A DNA stretch of 59,010 nucleotides from a virus. Lineage: Duplodnaviria; Caudoviricetes. This document shows positions 26,460-37,324 of this stretch, one piece after another. The translations under genes were made by a program, and so were the position numbers. The notes below the pieces were generated by a model. The model worked only from the letters and a program-made list of their open reading frames with translations. It was not told the origin of the DNA and searched no databases. Location of the stretch: positions 1 to 59,010 of IMG/VR virus record IMGVR_UViG_3300030330_002105; one strand, 5' to 3'. How positions within the stretch are numbered: position 1 is the first letter of the stretch; each line of letters starts with the position of its first letter.

Positions 26460-29400
26460 ATGTTTGAAATAAAAGATTTATTTGCACTAACTTTAGATGG
26501 GGCTTTTAGCAGTGAAGAAGAGTTTTTACAATTTGCATCTTCTGTTTCAGATGAAGATTTATATAGTGTATTAAAAGAGGGTTCCTTTTCTGATATTAAT
26601 GAATTTAAGTCTTTAAAAAAAAAAGACGAAACTACGGAGTTGGATTCTCCACAAGAAGAAGTCGTTACTACATCGGATACAGAAGAAGTGGAGACAACTG
26701 GTGTTTCGGATGTTTCCGTTTCAGACGAAGTAGTTGAAACCACACAAGAACCTACCATTGACACTCCAGATATAAAGGAGGTAGAAGTTGAAGAAGAAGT
26801 ACAGGTAGAGGTAGACCCTGATAAATTAGCTCAACAACAATCACAATTAAATCAAGTATTAGACGAATCTTTTAAAGTTAGATCTAATATTACAGAGTTA
26901 AAAAAACAAGATGAAATACCATTATCTGTTCTAGATGTTTATGGTAAAGAAATAATGATGGCCGATAATGATGTAGCCGCAGAGGGTCTTCAAAAGATAT
27001 ATAGAAACCACGGATTCACATTTGAAGATACAGGATTAGGGACGATGACTGTTACATCTAAGAACGGAAATACAACTATGATAGATACTGACACCTGGAC
27101 AGAGGATGGTGCAGTAGAGGAGGCTCAGAAATTAAAATCTTTTTTACAAGCTAATAAAGCGGAATATGAAGATATAACTTTTGAAAGTATTTACGAGGCT
27201 TCAAAAAGAGATGATAAAGATTTTATAAGATATTACGATGAAAAATTAGTAAATCAAGCTATTGATGAAGTTAATACCCAAATAGGTAACTACCAACAGC
27301 AATCCTTAGAGTTTCAAAAAAATGAAAAACAACTAACGGAAGATTATAATAAATTTGTTGATGATTATAATAATGGTAGATTAACAGCTGAACAAATTAC
27401 TATACAGCAAAATTATTTTAAAGAAACCACTGAACAATTAAAACAACAAGCCGCTAATTTAGACCTCACTAAGGATGAGATAGAAAACATGAATGCTAAA
27501 GTATTAGAGGTTACTGGAGAGCATGTTGCTATAGAGGCTACCAAAGGAAACTGGGTAAAGTCTTGGTGGAAAAGTTTCGTAAATACATTTGATGCAAAAA
27601 ACTCTGCTATCACAGGAGGGATAATAGACCTTACAACAAGTTTTATGAATGAAGAACAGTTGGAGTTCTTTATGCCTATGTCGGATGAAAATTTAAAAAG
27701 TACAAAAAAGAGAGACGATGAAACGTTATCTGAGTACAGAGATAGGGTTTCTAAAACATTGAAGGGTCAACTTAAACCAATGATTAGGACAGCACTTCAA
27801 GACCAAATAACAGGTGGGGTTACTAATGAATACCAAGAAAAATTTCAACAAACAACATGGGGTATGGTATCTACAGCAATGGCTGAAATGGCAGCTCATA
27901 TGTTAGCTAGCGGAGGTAGGAAAGATGCTATGGTTGTTTCATTTGGTTTACAAATTAATGATTCTGTTTTTAAGGAAATGGAAAATATAGAGGAGTTTAA
28001 AGATATTCCTGAGTATGAAAAGATGTTTATTGCATCCAGTATATCTACGGTATCGGGTCTTCTTGAATCTTTTGGTGCGTCTAAACTATTAAATAAAACA
28101 GGTCTATCTAAAAGTATTTTACTTAGGGTTTTAGGAAAGGCTGGTCGTAAGACTGGTTATAAAAGCTTACAAAAACTTTTAGAATTAGAGGTAAAAAATG
28201 TTTTAGCAAAAGGAGGTTTAAAAGTAATTGGCGGTGCGTTAGTTGAAGCAGAAACCGAAGCCCTACAAGAAACATCTGAAATTTTAATAAAAAAAATTTA
28301 TAATCAAGCAAAAGAAAAAGAAATGTTTGAGGAGCTTACCTTGGACGCTGCACTAGACCGTATACAACAAGCAGCAAAGGTAGGTTTTTATGCTGGTGGA
28401 GGAATGGGTGGCATGGTTGCAACTGTACAAACGTATAGACAAAAAGCTATAGATAGATTAAATGTTGAACAGTTTGAGTTTGCTAAAAACTTAGTTACAG
28501 ACCCAAAAATGAGGCAGTTGTATACTGATAAATTAAAGGTTGATTTAGCTAGTGGTAAAACTACTAAGAGTAAAGCGGATAAAGAAATAAAAAGAATGAA
28601 TGAAATGGCATCTATTTTTAATCAGATACCCACTGATATAGATGTAGCTGGACAACAAGAAGCCTTTACGTTATTGCAAGAAAAAGCGGCATTACAAGAA
28701 CAAATTGCTGGTAAGAATGAAAGCTTAACTAAAAATGAAAGAACACGGATAGCAGACATTGATACTCGATTAGAGACAATAAGTGAAACTAAAACCACAA
28801 CAGAAGAAGTAGTTACCGAAGAAGTAGTAGAAGAAAGTCCAGTAGAAAAAGAAATAACCGCAGATGAAACTTTAGAAGTATCCGTTAGTGGTCTTTTTGA
28901 TGGCTTAAAAACACAGGGGAAAGAGACTATGGATTTACGAGGTAACGCTAGAGGAAAGGATGGTCAAATAATAGAAACAAAAAATGAAGAAGGTCAAAGA
29001 GTTTTAACCTTAGTAAAAGAAACAATTGATGCTTATGATAGACCTGGATATGTAGGTGTGTCGGTTACTTTGCCCGAAGGAAGTACTCAAACAGCGAATG
29101 ACGTTAAAGCTGAACTAGAAAACCAAATGAATAAACTTACTGATGGAAAAGATATTTCAGGAAAGAAGCTTAATAATATTAATGAATTAAATACATCAGC
29201 TGTAGATGAAATTGTAGAAATTAAAAAAACAGAAACCCCTACTACTGAGGTTAGTGAAGAGGTTGAAGTAAAAACTGAAACAATAGATGATAAAGGAAGA
29301 AAAGCGAAACCAGGGGCAAGATTGTTTAATGATCCAAATCCAGAAACCAAAGAAATATCTAATAAATATAAAAAAGAAAAGGGTATAGATATACCAGAGG

Positions 29401-32400
29401 GTGAAAAAATTAATGAATTAGATATTAATAAATCCATGGAAATAGCAGATGCTTTTGAGGATATGGAAGACGCACCCAATAACCCAGAAGTAAAAGAAGC
29501 TTATGAGGCTTTAGCAGAAGAAACGTTAGAGCAGTACAAAGCCATGACAGACGCAGGATATGAAATAGAAATATATGAAGGTGACGGTGAGCCATACGCC
29601 AACTCTCAAGAAATGATAGACGATGTTAAAAATAATAAACATTTGTATATTTTTTCTACTGAACAAGGATTTGGTGATGAAGGAATAACCGATCAACAAC
29701 GGATCGATAATGCTATGTTAAATGATTCTGGTTTTAAAGATAAGAATAATAAACCTTTACTAATAAATGATTTATTTAGAGGTGTTCATGATTTCTTTGG
29801 ACACACAGAAAGAGGTAATGGTTTTGGTGCTAAAGGAGAAGAGAATGCTTGGGATGTTCATGCTAGAATGTTTACCGAAAAGGCCAGAAGAGCGATGACA
29901 ACTGAAACAAGAGGTCAAAATTCCTGGGTAAACTTTGGCCCTCAGATGAGAAATGATAAAGGGGAAATCATCAAAAAAGGTGAGCCTGGATATATGGGGC
30001 CAAGAGAACGACCTTATGCCCCTCAAAAAATGGGATTACTTCCTACAAAATATTCTCAAATACTCACCACTGAGGTTACTGAAAAGGTAGTAGAGGAAAA
30101 GCCATCTAAAGAAAGAGTAGATAATATTGTGGAAGAAGTTATTACTAAAGTAAGAAACAGAAGAGGTGGTAAAGACACTAACCCACAAGTAATACTAAAA
30201 GCCACTAAAGGATACCTACAAGGTAGCAAACTTTATGAAGAAGCTACAGATATTGAACGAGAAAGTGCTGTAAGAGAAATAAATGAAAAGCTAGGAATAA
30301 AGATACCTAAAGCCCCGTCAGTTAAAAAGATACTAAGAAAACCTAAGAAGAAAAAAGTAGTAGTTGATGAGATGGCTGCACTTAAAGATCAAATAAAATT
30401 AGAAGCTAGGGCTGCTAGAGGTGCGGTAAAGTCATATAAAGATATGTCTAAATCTATAATTGAAGATATAAAAAAACTATCTAACAAAGGGGTTATTACT
30501 TCTTCTCAAGCATCAGTTATAATAAAAAAAGTTTTATCTACTAATATGATGAATCCAGTTATGGTGGATAGATTAACTTCTTATGTAGATGCTGTATATA
30601 AAAAGGCGGAATTGGCTGATAAAATAAATAAATCAAAAAGAAAAGTAAAACAAGCTAAGAAAAACTTAAAGACTAAAATTGGAGCATCTCCCGATCTACA
30701 ACCCGTCCTTGAAGAGTTGTTTGCAATTGATCCATCTTTGATTCCGCTAGATAAGTTTGATTCTTATTTCGAAATATTAGAAAGTTTTGGTCAAAGAAAA
30801 AAAGTTCTTAACTTACCGCAGGCTGGTGAAGTTATGGAAACATCTTCTGATATTATTAATAGTGTAGATACGGAGGTCAATGAAGAGGTTAAAGAATCTT
30901 TACCTAGTAAATTAAACGAAGAAATAGAAGCAGACTTAGACGGATATATAAATAACATAATATCTAATAAAGTTAGTCTTGCAAACACATACAACGAAAG
31001 GGGTAGGAAATTAGGAAAATATTTAAACGATTTGAGTAGGGAGGATTTACTTGGTTTAATTAAAGAAAAGAAAGATGGCACCAAAGACTACTCTAATTTA
31101 GAAAATCTAAAGTTAATAAAAGAAAATATAGCTAATGGTTATATACCTAAGTTTGCTATGGATTTAAAAATACTAGTAGAATCTAACAAATCTTCTAAAG
31201 CAATAGATAATGTAGTATCTAAAGTTAAGGAGACTAGTATATTAACTGGATTTTCAAGACTATATGGAAAAATAAAAGGTTTAATTACAGGTAAAAGCAA
31301 AATGACAGAATCACTTAGGGGAACTCCTACTTTTTATATAGATGATTTGCTAGGTAATTTTAACAGTAAGACAATATGGAATAATACTTTAGGAAAATTA
31401 GGTAAATTATATTCTGAGTTTCAAACAGATTTAGCTAAAAATGTTTCATCTAAAATAGAAGCTGCTGATTCTTTATTGTATAAAACTAAAGTCCCCACCA
31501 TTCAAAGAATGACCAACGCTGTTCAAAAGTCTAAGTACAAAATAATGGCTTATAGATTACAGCGTGAATTTGACTCTAACCCTGGAAGTAAACAAGTAGC
31601 ACCTGCAATTGAATTTATAAATGAAACTATAAACTCCGTAAAAAGAGAAGAAGCAAGTAGTAAATTAAATAAACAAGACATAAAAATATTAGAAGAAATA
31701 AAAAAAGAATTTTCTGTAAATGGAGAAATTAGTTTAGATAAAATAAATAAAAGTTTTACTCCTAATGAAAAGAAAGCACTAAAACTACTTGATGAGGTAA
31801 ATGAATACTTAGAAAGTAAGGCTATATTTACTTCTTCTGTTTTAAGAGGTGATAAAATAAAACCTATAAACAACTACGTTCATCATAGTGTTATAATGAA
31901 AAATCAGTCAACTGATATGAGTGAAAAAACAGACAAGATGGTTAAGCCATCTACTAAAGCTGGGACACTTAGAGAACGTACTCCTGGTGCTAAGGCTATA
32001 AATTTTGATCCCATATCGTCCACATTAAGTGGGGCTACTGAAACATTACTTGATTATCACATGACAGAGGGTGTTAAAACTGTTAATGCTTCTATTGCTA
32101 AAGCAAAAGATAAAATATTTGAGAATAAAAACTCTAGTGAAATATCTCAAGAATCTATAAACGCACTACAAAATTTAGTTGAAGAAGTTTTGAGTAAAAC
32201 TTTTGCAGATTCATTTGTTCAATATGATGCTGGTTCTGCTTTGATTAAAAAAATGCAGAAGTTAGGATATCAAGCAGCATTAGCTTCAATACCTAGAGCT
32301 GGTGCTGAACTGGGAAGTAATATGGTTTACGCATTAACCGTAAATCCACAAGGTTTTACTAAAGGGGTAAAAGATTACGGATCTTTTTCTATGGGTAATG

Positions 32401-33662
32401 AAGGTATAAGTGCTATGGAAAACTTGGGAAGTGCTGAAACCATGAAGTTGTATGATACTAAAAATATGACTGGCAAAATGGCGGACTCAAATGTATTGTA
32501 TGAAGGTGCACCAAAAGCCTCTAGGAGTTTAACGCCTGTAGTAGAAAGAGCTAAATATTTATCACAGTTTACAGGAGTTAAGCAAGTAGGTAATTTAGCG
32601 ACAGGTGTAGCTGATAAACTAATATCAACTCCTGATAAAATGATATCAAGACCTCTTTGGTTTGGTAATTTTGCTGACAGTTTCAAAAAAGAAACAGGTA
32701 TAAAATTAACAACTAAAGACTTTCAGGAAATAGCAGATGGAAGTTCTAAATACTTAGGAGATAAGTATAAGTCGGCTGTTGAAAAATCAACAAATTTCGC
32801 TGACGAACAAACTGTAAAAATGGCATCTAGTACAAACCCATTTAACATTATACCAAAAAATGTAATATCAACTAATGAATCAGTATATAAACAATTTTAT
32901 AAAATAGCCAACTCTTACATGTCTAGGTTTTCTCAGTATGAATATGCTGCGGCAAGAAATGCTATTGTGTCTATGTTTAAATCAGGTAAGATGTCAAAAT
33001 TACAAGCAACTTCTGCTTTAATAGGAATCACCACAAGAATGGCTTCGTATGTAGTTTTATATTCTGTTTTAAATTCGGCTTTTGATTCTTTATTTGGTAT
33101 AAAAGATGATAATGATGAAGAGGATGTAAAATCTTTAATAGCAAGACAATTAGTAGGGGCTCCCCTTTCTTTATTAACGGGTAGAGGATTGGGTAATTTA
33201 CCTAAAATACCTATAAACTACCTATTAGAAATGATTAACGATGAATACTTAGAGGATTTGAGGGATGGCAAGGAATACGATCCTTATAAACATAGTATAG
33301 TTTTTTCTCAAGTAACGCAAGAAGATTTAGAAAAAAAATCTCCTGAAAAGTTATTTTTATATTTAATGAGTGGACCATTATCACCTTTACTTAAATCAAT
33401 ATCAAGAGCCACTACAGTAATTACTAAATCTAAAACTTCTGCCAAGCCAGAGACAAGAGAAAAATATAAGGATGAACTTTTAAATAGAATTACTATTGAA
33501 GCTCTTGGTAACTTTGGAATGATTCCTTTTTATAAAGACATAAGAAGAATGATAGTGAAAGATATGTTTAAAGATTCCAAGAAAAAACAAAAAGAAGAAA
33601 AAGAATCTAAACTAATAAAAAAACGTAGAGTTAAAAGAAAAAGACGTACTAAAACTCGTTAA
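26460..33662 (+). CDS. Large (2400 aa) internal virion / polyvalent-type protein
   Basis: Last gene of structural arm; mostly helical; embedded globular domain with FRGVHDFFGH...GEENAW motif. Confidence 0.6.
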   Translation: MFEIKDLFALTLDGAFSSEEEFLQFASSVSDEDLYSVLKEGSFSDINEFKSLKKKDETTELDSPQEEVVTTSDTEEVETTGVSDVSVSDEVVETTQEPTIDTPDIKEVEVEEEVQVEVDPDKLAQQQSQLNQVLDESFKVRSNITELKKQDEIPLSVLDVYGKEIMMADNDVAAEGLQKIYRNHGFTFEDTGLGTMTVTSKNGNTTMIDTDTWTEDGAVEEAQKLKSFLQANKAEYEDITFESIYEASKRDDKDFIRYYDEKLVNQAIDEVNTQIGNYQQQSLEFQKNEKQLTEDYNKFVDDYNNGRLTAEQITIQQNYFKETTEQLKQQAANLDLTKDEIENMNAKVLEVTGEHVAIEATKGNWVKSWWKSFVNTFDAKNSAITGGIIDLTTSFMNEEQLEFFMPMSDENLKSTKKRDDETLSEYRDRVSKTLKGQLKPMIRTALQDQITGGVTNEYQEKFQQTTWGMVSTAMAEMAAHMLASGGRKDAMVVSFGLQINDSVFKEMENIEEFKDIPEYEKMFIASSISTVSGLLESFGASKLLNKTGLSKSILLRVLGKAGRKTGYKSLQKLLELEVKNVLAKGGLKVIGGALVEAETEALQETSEILIKKIYNQAKEKEMFEELTLDAALDRIQQAAKVGFYAGGGMGGMVATVQTYRQKAIDRLNVEQFEFAKNLVTDPKMRQLYTDKLKVDLASGKTTKSKADKEIKRMNEMASIFNQIPTDIDVAGQQEAFTLLQEKAALQEQIAGKNESLTKNERTRIADIDTRLETISETKTTTEEVVTEEVVEESPVEKEITADETLEVSVSGLFDGLKTQGKETMDLRGNARGKDGQIIETKNEEGQRVLTLVKETIDAYDRPGYVGVSVTLPEGSTQTANDVKAELENQMNKLTDGKDISGKKLNNINELNTSAVDEIVEIKKTETPTTEVSEEVEVKTETIDDKGRKAKPGARLFNDPNPETKEISNKYKKEKGIDIPEGEKINELDINKSMEIADAFEDMEDAPNNPEVKEAYEALAEETLEQYKAMTDAGYEIEIYEGDGEPYANSQEMIDDVKNNKHLYIFSTEQGFGDEGITDQQRIDNAMLNDSGFKDKNNKPLLINDLFRGVHDFFGHTERGNGFGAKGEENAWDVHARMFTEKARRAMTTETRGQNSWVNFGPQMRNDKGEIIKKGEPGYMGPRERPYAPQKMGLLPTKYSQILTTEVTEKVVEEKPSKERVDNIVEEVITKVRNRRGGKDTNPQVILKATKGYLQGSKLYEEATDIERESAVREINEKLGIKIPKAPSVKKILRKPKKKKVVVDEMAALKDQIKLEARAARGAVKSYKDMSKSIIEDIKKLSNKGVITSSQASVIIKKVLSTNMMNPVMVDRLTSYVDAVYKKAELADKINKSKRKVKQAKKNLKTKIGASPDLQPVLEELFAIDPSLIPLDKFDSYFEILESFGQRKKVLNLPQAGEVMETSSDIINSVDTEVNEEVKESLPSKLNEEIEADLDGYINNIISNKVSLANTYNERGRKLGKYLNDLSREDLLGLIKEKKDGTKDYSNLENLKLIKENIANGYIPKFAMDLKILVESNKSSKAIDNVVSKVKETSILTGFSRLYGKIKGLITGKSKMTESLRGTPTFYIDDLLGNFNSKTIWNNTLGKLGKLYSEFQTDLAKNVSSKIEAADSLLYKTKVPTIQRMTNAVQKSKYKIMAYRLQREFDSNPGSKQVAPAIEFINETINSVKREEASSKLNKQDIKILEEIKKEFSVNGEISLDKINKSFTPNEKKALKLLDEVNEYLESKAIFTSSVLRGDKIKPINNYVHHSVIMKNQSTDMSEKTDKMVKPSTKAGTLRERTPGAKAINFDPISSTLSGATETLLDYHMTEGVKTVNASIAKAKDKIFENKNSSEISQESINALQNLVEEVLSKTFADSFVQYDAGSALIKKMQKLGYQAALASIPRAGAELGSNMVYALTVNPQGFTKGVKDYGSFSMGNEGISAMENLGSAETMKLYDTKNMTGKMADSNVLYEGAPKASRSLTPVVERAKYLSQFTGVKQVGNLATGVADKLISTPDKMISRPLWFGNFADSFKKETGIKLTTKDFQEIADGSSKYLGDKYKSAVEKSTNFADEQTVKMASSTNPFNIIPKNVISTNESVYKQFYKIANSYMSRFSQYEYAAARNAIVSMFKSGKMSKLQATSALIGITTRMASYVVLYSVLNSAFDSLFGIKDDNDEEDVKSLIARQLVGAPLSLLTGRGLGNLPKIPINYLLEMINDEYLEDLRDGKEYDPYKHSIVFSQVTQEDLEKKSPEKLFLYLMSGPLSPLLKSISRATTVITKSKTSAKPETREKYKDELLNRITIEALGNFGMIPFYKDIRRMIVKDMFKDSKKKQKEEKESKLIKKRRVKRKRRTKTR

Positions 33663-34774
33663 AACAAATGCGTTAATCTAGAAATCTGGCCATGCTTTTT
33701 ATGGTGAACGAATCCCTCGACAGCTTTAGGATTACCTATGTATCCTGCCTTAGAATGCCACGAGTCACTACCCGATGGACTACGTAGAGATTCACAGGTG
33801 ACACCGCAAAAATCCTTAGATGATTTGTGATGAACATGATGGGTGTATATATACCTATGGTCTGATATAGCCCACTCTTTCTTAGCCTCCTGGGCCATAA
33901 TTAATGGAAGATCAGACATCTTAGCCCCATCCCCGTGTGTAGTGCTAATTAAATTTTTGCCGTACAAAAAATACTTACGGTGACGAATAGAGCAATCAAA
34001 GGTGATGTCCTTGCAGTTTCTAAACCACGCACTAATACAATCCGACAACATGAAACCTGAAATGTAGTCGTGGTTAGATGGGTTAAAAGTAAAATGCACA
34101 GGGGCTACTGCTAGTAACATCTCTAAACACTCTATATATAAACGCTTGGCCGATAAAAATGCCTCATACCACATGCTATCCATGTTTTGATGCGTACCCC
34201 TGGTGGTTGTATTGCGTGGAGTATCTACATGTAAAATATCGTTGCCACCGATAAATAAAATCTTATCTATGTTCCAACCTGATGACTTATCTAAAATGCC
34301 CTGTACGCCTTCCTTAACACGCCTCACGGCTATGCTAGTGTTGTACTCCTCACCCTCTATAGCTCTAGCTAATTTACCAATGTGAATATCCGCAGGATCT
34401 ACTACTAGTAGGTGGCCATCCTTACATGGCTTGCGTTCTATCTTAGGAAACTTAGGCGAGTATTTTTTTAGCTCCTCAATAAGCTCTTCACGTATCTCAT
34501 CATACGTTGGTGACTTGTCACCCTTCAAGTGTATGGAAAAATGTTTACCCTTATACCAGTAATTACTTACATTATCTATAGGTAAACCTTTATGTTCACA
34601 CTCATCAAATAAGGCAGAGGACTTACGCCTGTTAATATACTTAGATATATTCTTTCTTATTTGATCTACACTATTGTTAAGTGATAGTTCTTTCTTTACT
34701 TCTCTAGCTATTTTACTTTTATTTGTTTCTCCATTGTTCCACTTTTCAAAAGCTAGCTCATTGCATGTTTTCAT
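33659..34774 (-). CDS. Calcineurin-like metallophosphoesterase with N-terminal HTH-like region
   Basis: DIHIG, GND.LH, NHD, HGD, HVHH motifs. Confidence 0.8.
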   Translation of the reverse strand: MKTCNELAFEKWNNGETNKSKIAREVKKELSLNNSVDQIRKNISKYINRRKSSALFDECEHKGLPIDNVSNYWYKGKHFSIHLKGDKSPTYDEIREELIEELKKYSPKFPKIERKPCKDGHLLVVDPADIHIGKLARAIEGEEYNTSIAVRRVKEGVQGILDKSSGWNIDKILFIGGNDILHVDTPRNTTTRGTHQNMDSMWYEAFLSAKRLYIECLEMLLAVAPVHFTFNPSNHDYISGFMLSDCISAWFRNCKDITFDCSIRHRKYFLYGKNLISTTHGDGAKMSDLPLIMAQEAKKEWAISDHRYIYTHHVHHKSSKDFCGVTCESLRSPSGSDSWHSKAGYIGNPKAVEGFVHHKKHGQISRLTHLF

Positions 34775-34953
34775 TTCTTGTGTGTTTTTTTAACTTCATT
34801 TAATTTTTTGATCAACACGTCTATAGTTTTTCCCAGCTCCGCATATTCAGAATCAATCATTGACTCGTAAATATCTGAGGTTAATGTGTTAATCTCATCC
34901 ATAGTAAAGTTAATATAATTAAGGGTGTTAACGTCTTTTAGTTTAATAGGCAT
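34771..34953 (-). CDS. Hypothetical protein
   Basis: ATGA-coupled ORF. Confidence 0.55.
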   Translation of the reverse strand: MPIKLKDVNTLNYINFTMDEINTLTSDIYESMIDSEYAELGKTIDVLIKKLNEVKKTHKK

Positions 34954-35025
34954 CGTGATTTTTTTAGCGAAGGGATTACTGGCACCGCTTAGTGTGTAAG
35001 CAGTTTACTATAAGGTTTTTGTAAC

Positions 35026-35208
35026 TCATTCTATTTCAACAAGTTGCTTTACATTTACCTTAAACTTACCCTTGTCTTGGTCCTTGCTGTAGGATACAAT
35101 AGCGTAGTGACTAGTTAAAGATTTAATGTAAATTTTCTTACCATTATATGTAAGCCTTTTTTTCATTATATCATTATTTATTCCGTTTATTTTATCTAGT
35201 ATATTCAT
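35026..35208 (-). CDS. Hypothetical protein
   Basis: Operon-tiling ORF. Confidence 0.5.
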   Translation of the reverse strand: MNILDKINGINNDIMKKRLTYNGKKIYIKSLTSHYAIVSYSKDQDKGKFKVNVKQLVEIE

Positions 35209-35432
35209 TAGTTTAGCTGCATTAAAATTGTTTCATATAACTCTAAATCGTATCCCTGGTCTGTTACTAATCCATCAGGTATATCTATATAGGAAGCGAA
35301 TCCTATACCATCAACAAAAGCAGACCACGCCTCCTGGTAGGTTACGTTGTGTATGCTTGCTATTTCTTTTAGTGTTATCCCCTTTACAACTAGGTCATAC
35401 ACATAATCTTTATCATTCTTAGGCAGCGTCAT
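35208..35432 (-). CDS. Small HTH-like protein
   Basis: GITLKEIASIHNVTYQEAW. Confidence 0.5.
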   Translation of the reverse strand: MTLPKNDKDYVYDLVVKGITLKEIASIHNVTYQEAWSAFVDGIGFASYIDIPDGLVTDQGYDLELYETILMQLN

Positions 35433-35767
35433 GTTATTATTCGTTGGTTATGTTTATTAATTAATATAAGTGATCCATCATTCATAAGGTCTAAATAACC
35501 ATCACTATCAATCTCTTCTAGTTCTAATAAGTCATACTCCCCAGGTTTTTTGCAAAAAAAAGTCCCACCAATATACAAAGGATTTCCGTTATCATCAACT
35601 ATTCTATGTCCTAATATTTTTTTTCCTTTAAATTCATTATCAATAGTTTCTAGTGCATTAAATATTTGGTCGCATATTTTTTCACTGCGTGCCGCTAATT
35701 TAAAAATAACATCTACAGATAAAGATACCCTATTATTCTCCTCTATATATTTCTGTTTTAAAACCAT
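35429..35767 (-). CDS. Hypothetical protein
   Basis: Operon-tiling ORF. Confidence 0.55.
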   Translation of the reverse strand: MVLKQKYIEENNRVSLSVDVIFKLAARSEKICDQIFNALETIDNEFKGKKILGHRIVDDNGNPLYIGGTFFCKKPGEYDLLELEEIDSDGYLDLMNDGSLILINKHNQRIIT

Positions 35768-35975
35768 TGTTTTTTAGTTCTTTAATACGATACTGTTGCA
35801 GTTCAGATACTTTACCGTTCTTTGTTTTTATTTCAGAGAAGATAACATCGGCATCTTTCTTTATTGCTATCAAGTCAGGTATACCATTCTTATTGGTCTT
35901 TATTAACTTAAGAACATAGTATCCCTGATCCTCTAACTGTTTAATTCTTTTTCTTTGTATGTCCTGCTCTTTCAT
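35733..35975 (-). CDS. VRR-NUC domain nuclease (resolvase-like)
   Basis: E..IQ...GIPDL...F.EIK...G..SELQ. Confidence 0.85.
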   Translation of the reverse strand: MKEQDIQRKRIKQLEDQGYYVLKLIKTNKNGIPDLIAIKKDADVIFSEIKTKNGKVSELQQYRIKELKNNGFKTEIYRGE

Positions 35976-35981
35976 GAGTTA

Positions 35982-37214
35982 TTACAAAGTTAGTAAATCC
36001 CTTTTAAAGTGTGAGACGGTGTAGTTTTTCTTTTTGTTTACGGCCTTGTAGATTTTATGTTCTATTCCTCCCTTACTAAACACCCAGTAGATTTTATTGT
36101 TTAACCTGGTCTTGGTAGTCATTCGATCCCTACTCTGCCAGTAGCTGGTAGCACTGAAGTCTATATTATAATAGATTATGTATTTAGCCTCCTTTAAGGA
36201 TATCCCTTCTCTACCACTTACTATCTGTAGTGCAATAGATTTGTTTGTAGTGTTAAACTCCTCCAGGTCCTCAGTAAGTTCATCCTCAAAGACTGACTTC
36301 AGTGCCTTTAACTCAGCCTTGAACTTGTAGAATATAGCAATCTTCTTGCCATAGAAGTTATCGTGTATAAACTGTGCCTTTGTGTCATCAAGCACTGCCG
36401 ATTTGCCACTCTCAAATATAACCGTACCGCTATACATCTGGTGTAATTTTTGCATTAGCTTTACCGATGTGTCGGCTAGAATGGTTTCCTGTTTACCTTC
36501 TAATACTAAAGACTTCTGCAACCTTTTGCACATACTGTACGTCTTAGCAGACATATCCACCTCCAACACTTCCTCCTCAATAACAGATTTAAAGCCAGCC
36601 TCCTTTTGTGTATATGATATCATGTAGGGTTGCATAGCAAATAATATCTTAGTTTCTATACCTTTAGAGTAGTCATTAACATACTGACTGTTGATATATC
36701 TCTGTGTTACATTTACGTAATCCTTAGCCCACGTATAAAAGTTTTTATATCCAGCAAAAGGATTGTTAGGGTGGCCATATACCTGGTGGTACATTTGTGA
36801 GAAACTTTCAGGGGTTGGCGTTCCTGACATAAGTATTAATTTACACTTGTGTTTAGATAATAACTTCTTTACCATCTTAGCCCTGTTGCTAGCCCTAGCA
36901 AACGCCCCCATACTGTGTGCCTCATCACATATAATAACGTCCCACTTTCTGTCAGATATTTTGTGTAAGCTTTCGTAGTTTATAATCTCTATCTCAAAGA
37001 TTGGGGCCATCATGTAGTAGTCGCTTTGAATAGATGATATGGCTTTTTTCTTTGTAATAAACAATACGTTACTTGCCTGTACCCCTTCACATATCCCTAG
37101 ACTGGTGAGTGTCTTACCAGTACGAACCTCCATTGATAGATATAGTAATCCTTTGTCTAATAAAACTCGACATCCTTTTTCAATAATATCTAATTGATAA
37201 TCTCTAAATTCCAT
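35982..37214 (-). CDS. SF2 (SNF2-like) helicase
   Basis: RDYQ, TGKT, DEAH, SGTP, QSRDR motifs. Confidence 0.9.
   Translation of the reverse strand: MEFRDYQLDIIEKGCRVLLDKGLLYLSMEVRTGKTLTSLGICEGVQASNVLFITKKKAISSIQSDYYMMAPIFEIEIINYESLHKISDRKWDVIICDEAHSMGAFARASNRAKMVKKLLSKHKCKLILMSGTPTPESFSQMYHQVYGHPNNPFAGYKNFYTWAKDYVNVTQRYINSQYVNDYSKGIETKILFAMQPYMISYTQKEAGFKSVIEEEVLEVDMSAKTYSMCKRLQKSLVLEGKQETILADTSVKLMQKLHQMYSGTVIFESGKSAVLDDTKAQFIHDNFYGKKIAIFYKFKAELKALKSVFEDELTEDLEEFNTTNKSIALQIVSGREGISLKEAKYIIYYNIDFSATSYWQSRDRMTTKTRLNNKIYWVFSKGGIEHKIYKAVNKKKNYTVSHFKRDLLTL
35985..35992 (-). promoter_or_regulatory. TAnnTTTG -7 promoter element
   Basis: TAACTTTG on - strand 9 nt before VRR-NUC ATG. Confidence 0.55.
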
Positions 37215-37216
37215 AG

Positions 37217-37324
37217 TTATCCTGCTAGTGATGTTAAAAGTATAATGAAAAATCCTGCAAATATGTAGAACGATAAAATAATCATTGCTAATATTAATAT
37301 TATGTGTAATATTTTTTTTAACAT
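37217..37324 (-). CDS. 35-aa single-TM microprotein
   Basis: MLKKILHIILILAMIILSFYIFAGFFIILLTSLAG; tiles the gap. Confidence 0.5.
   Translation of the reverse strand: MLKKILHIILILAMIILSFYIFAGFFIILLTSLAG

Noticed and set aside
26460-33662. crAss-like virion RNA polymerase
   Set aside because: No DxDxD catalytic motif in a double-psi barrel context seen; composition fits an ejection protein
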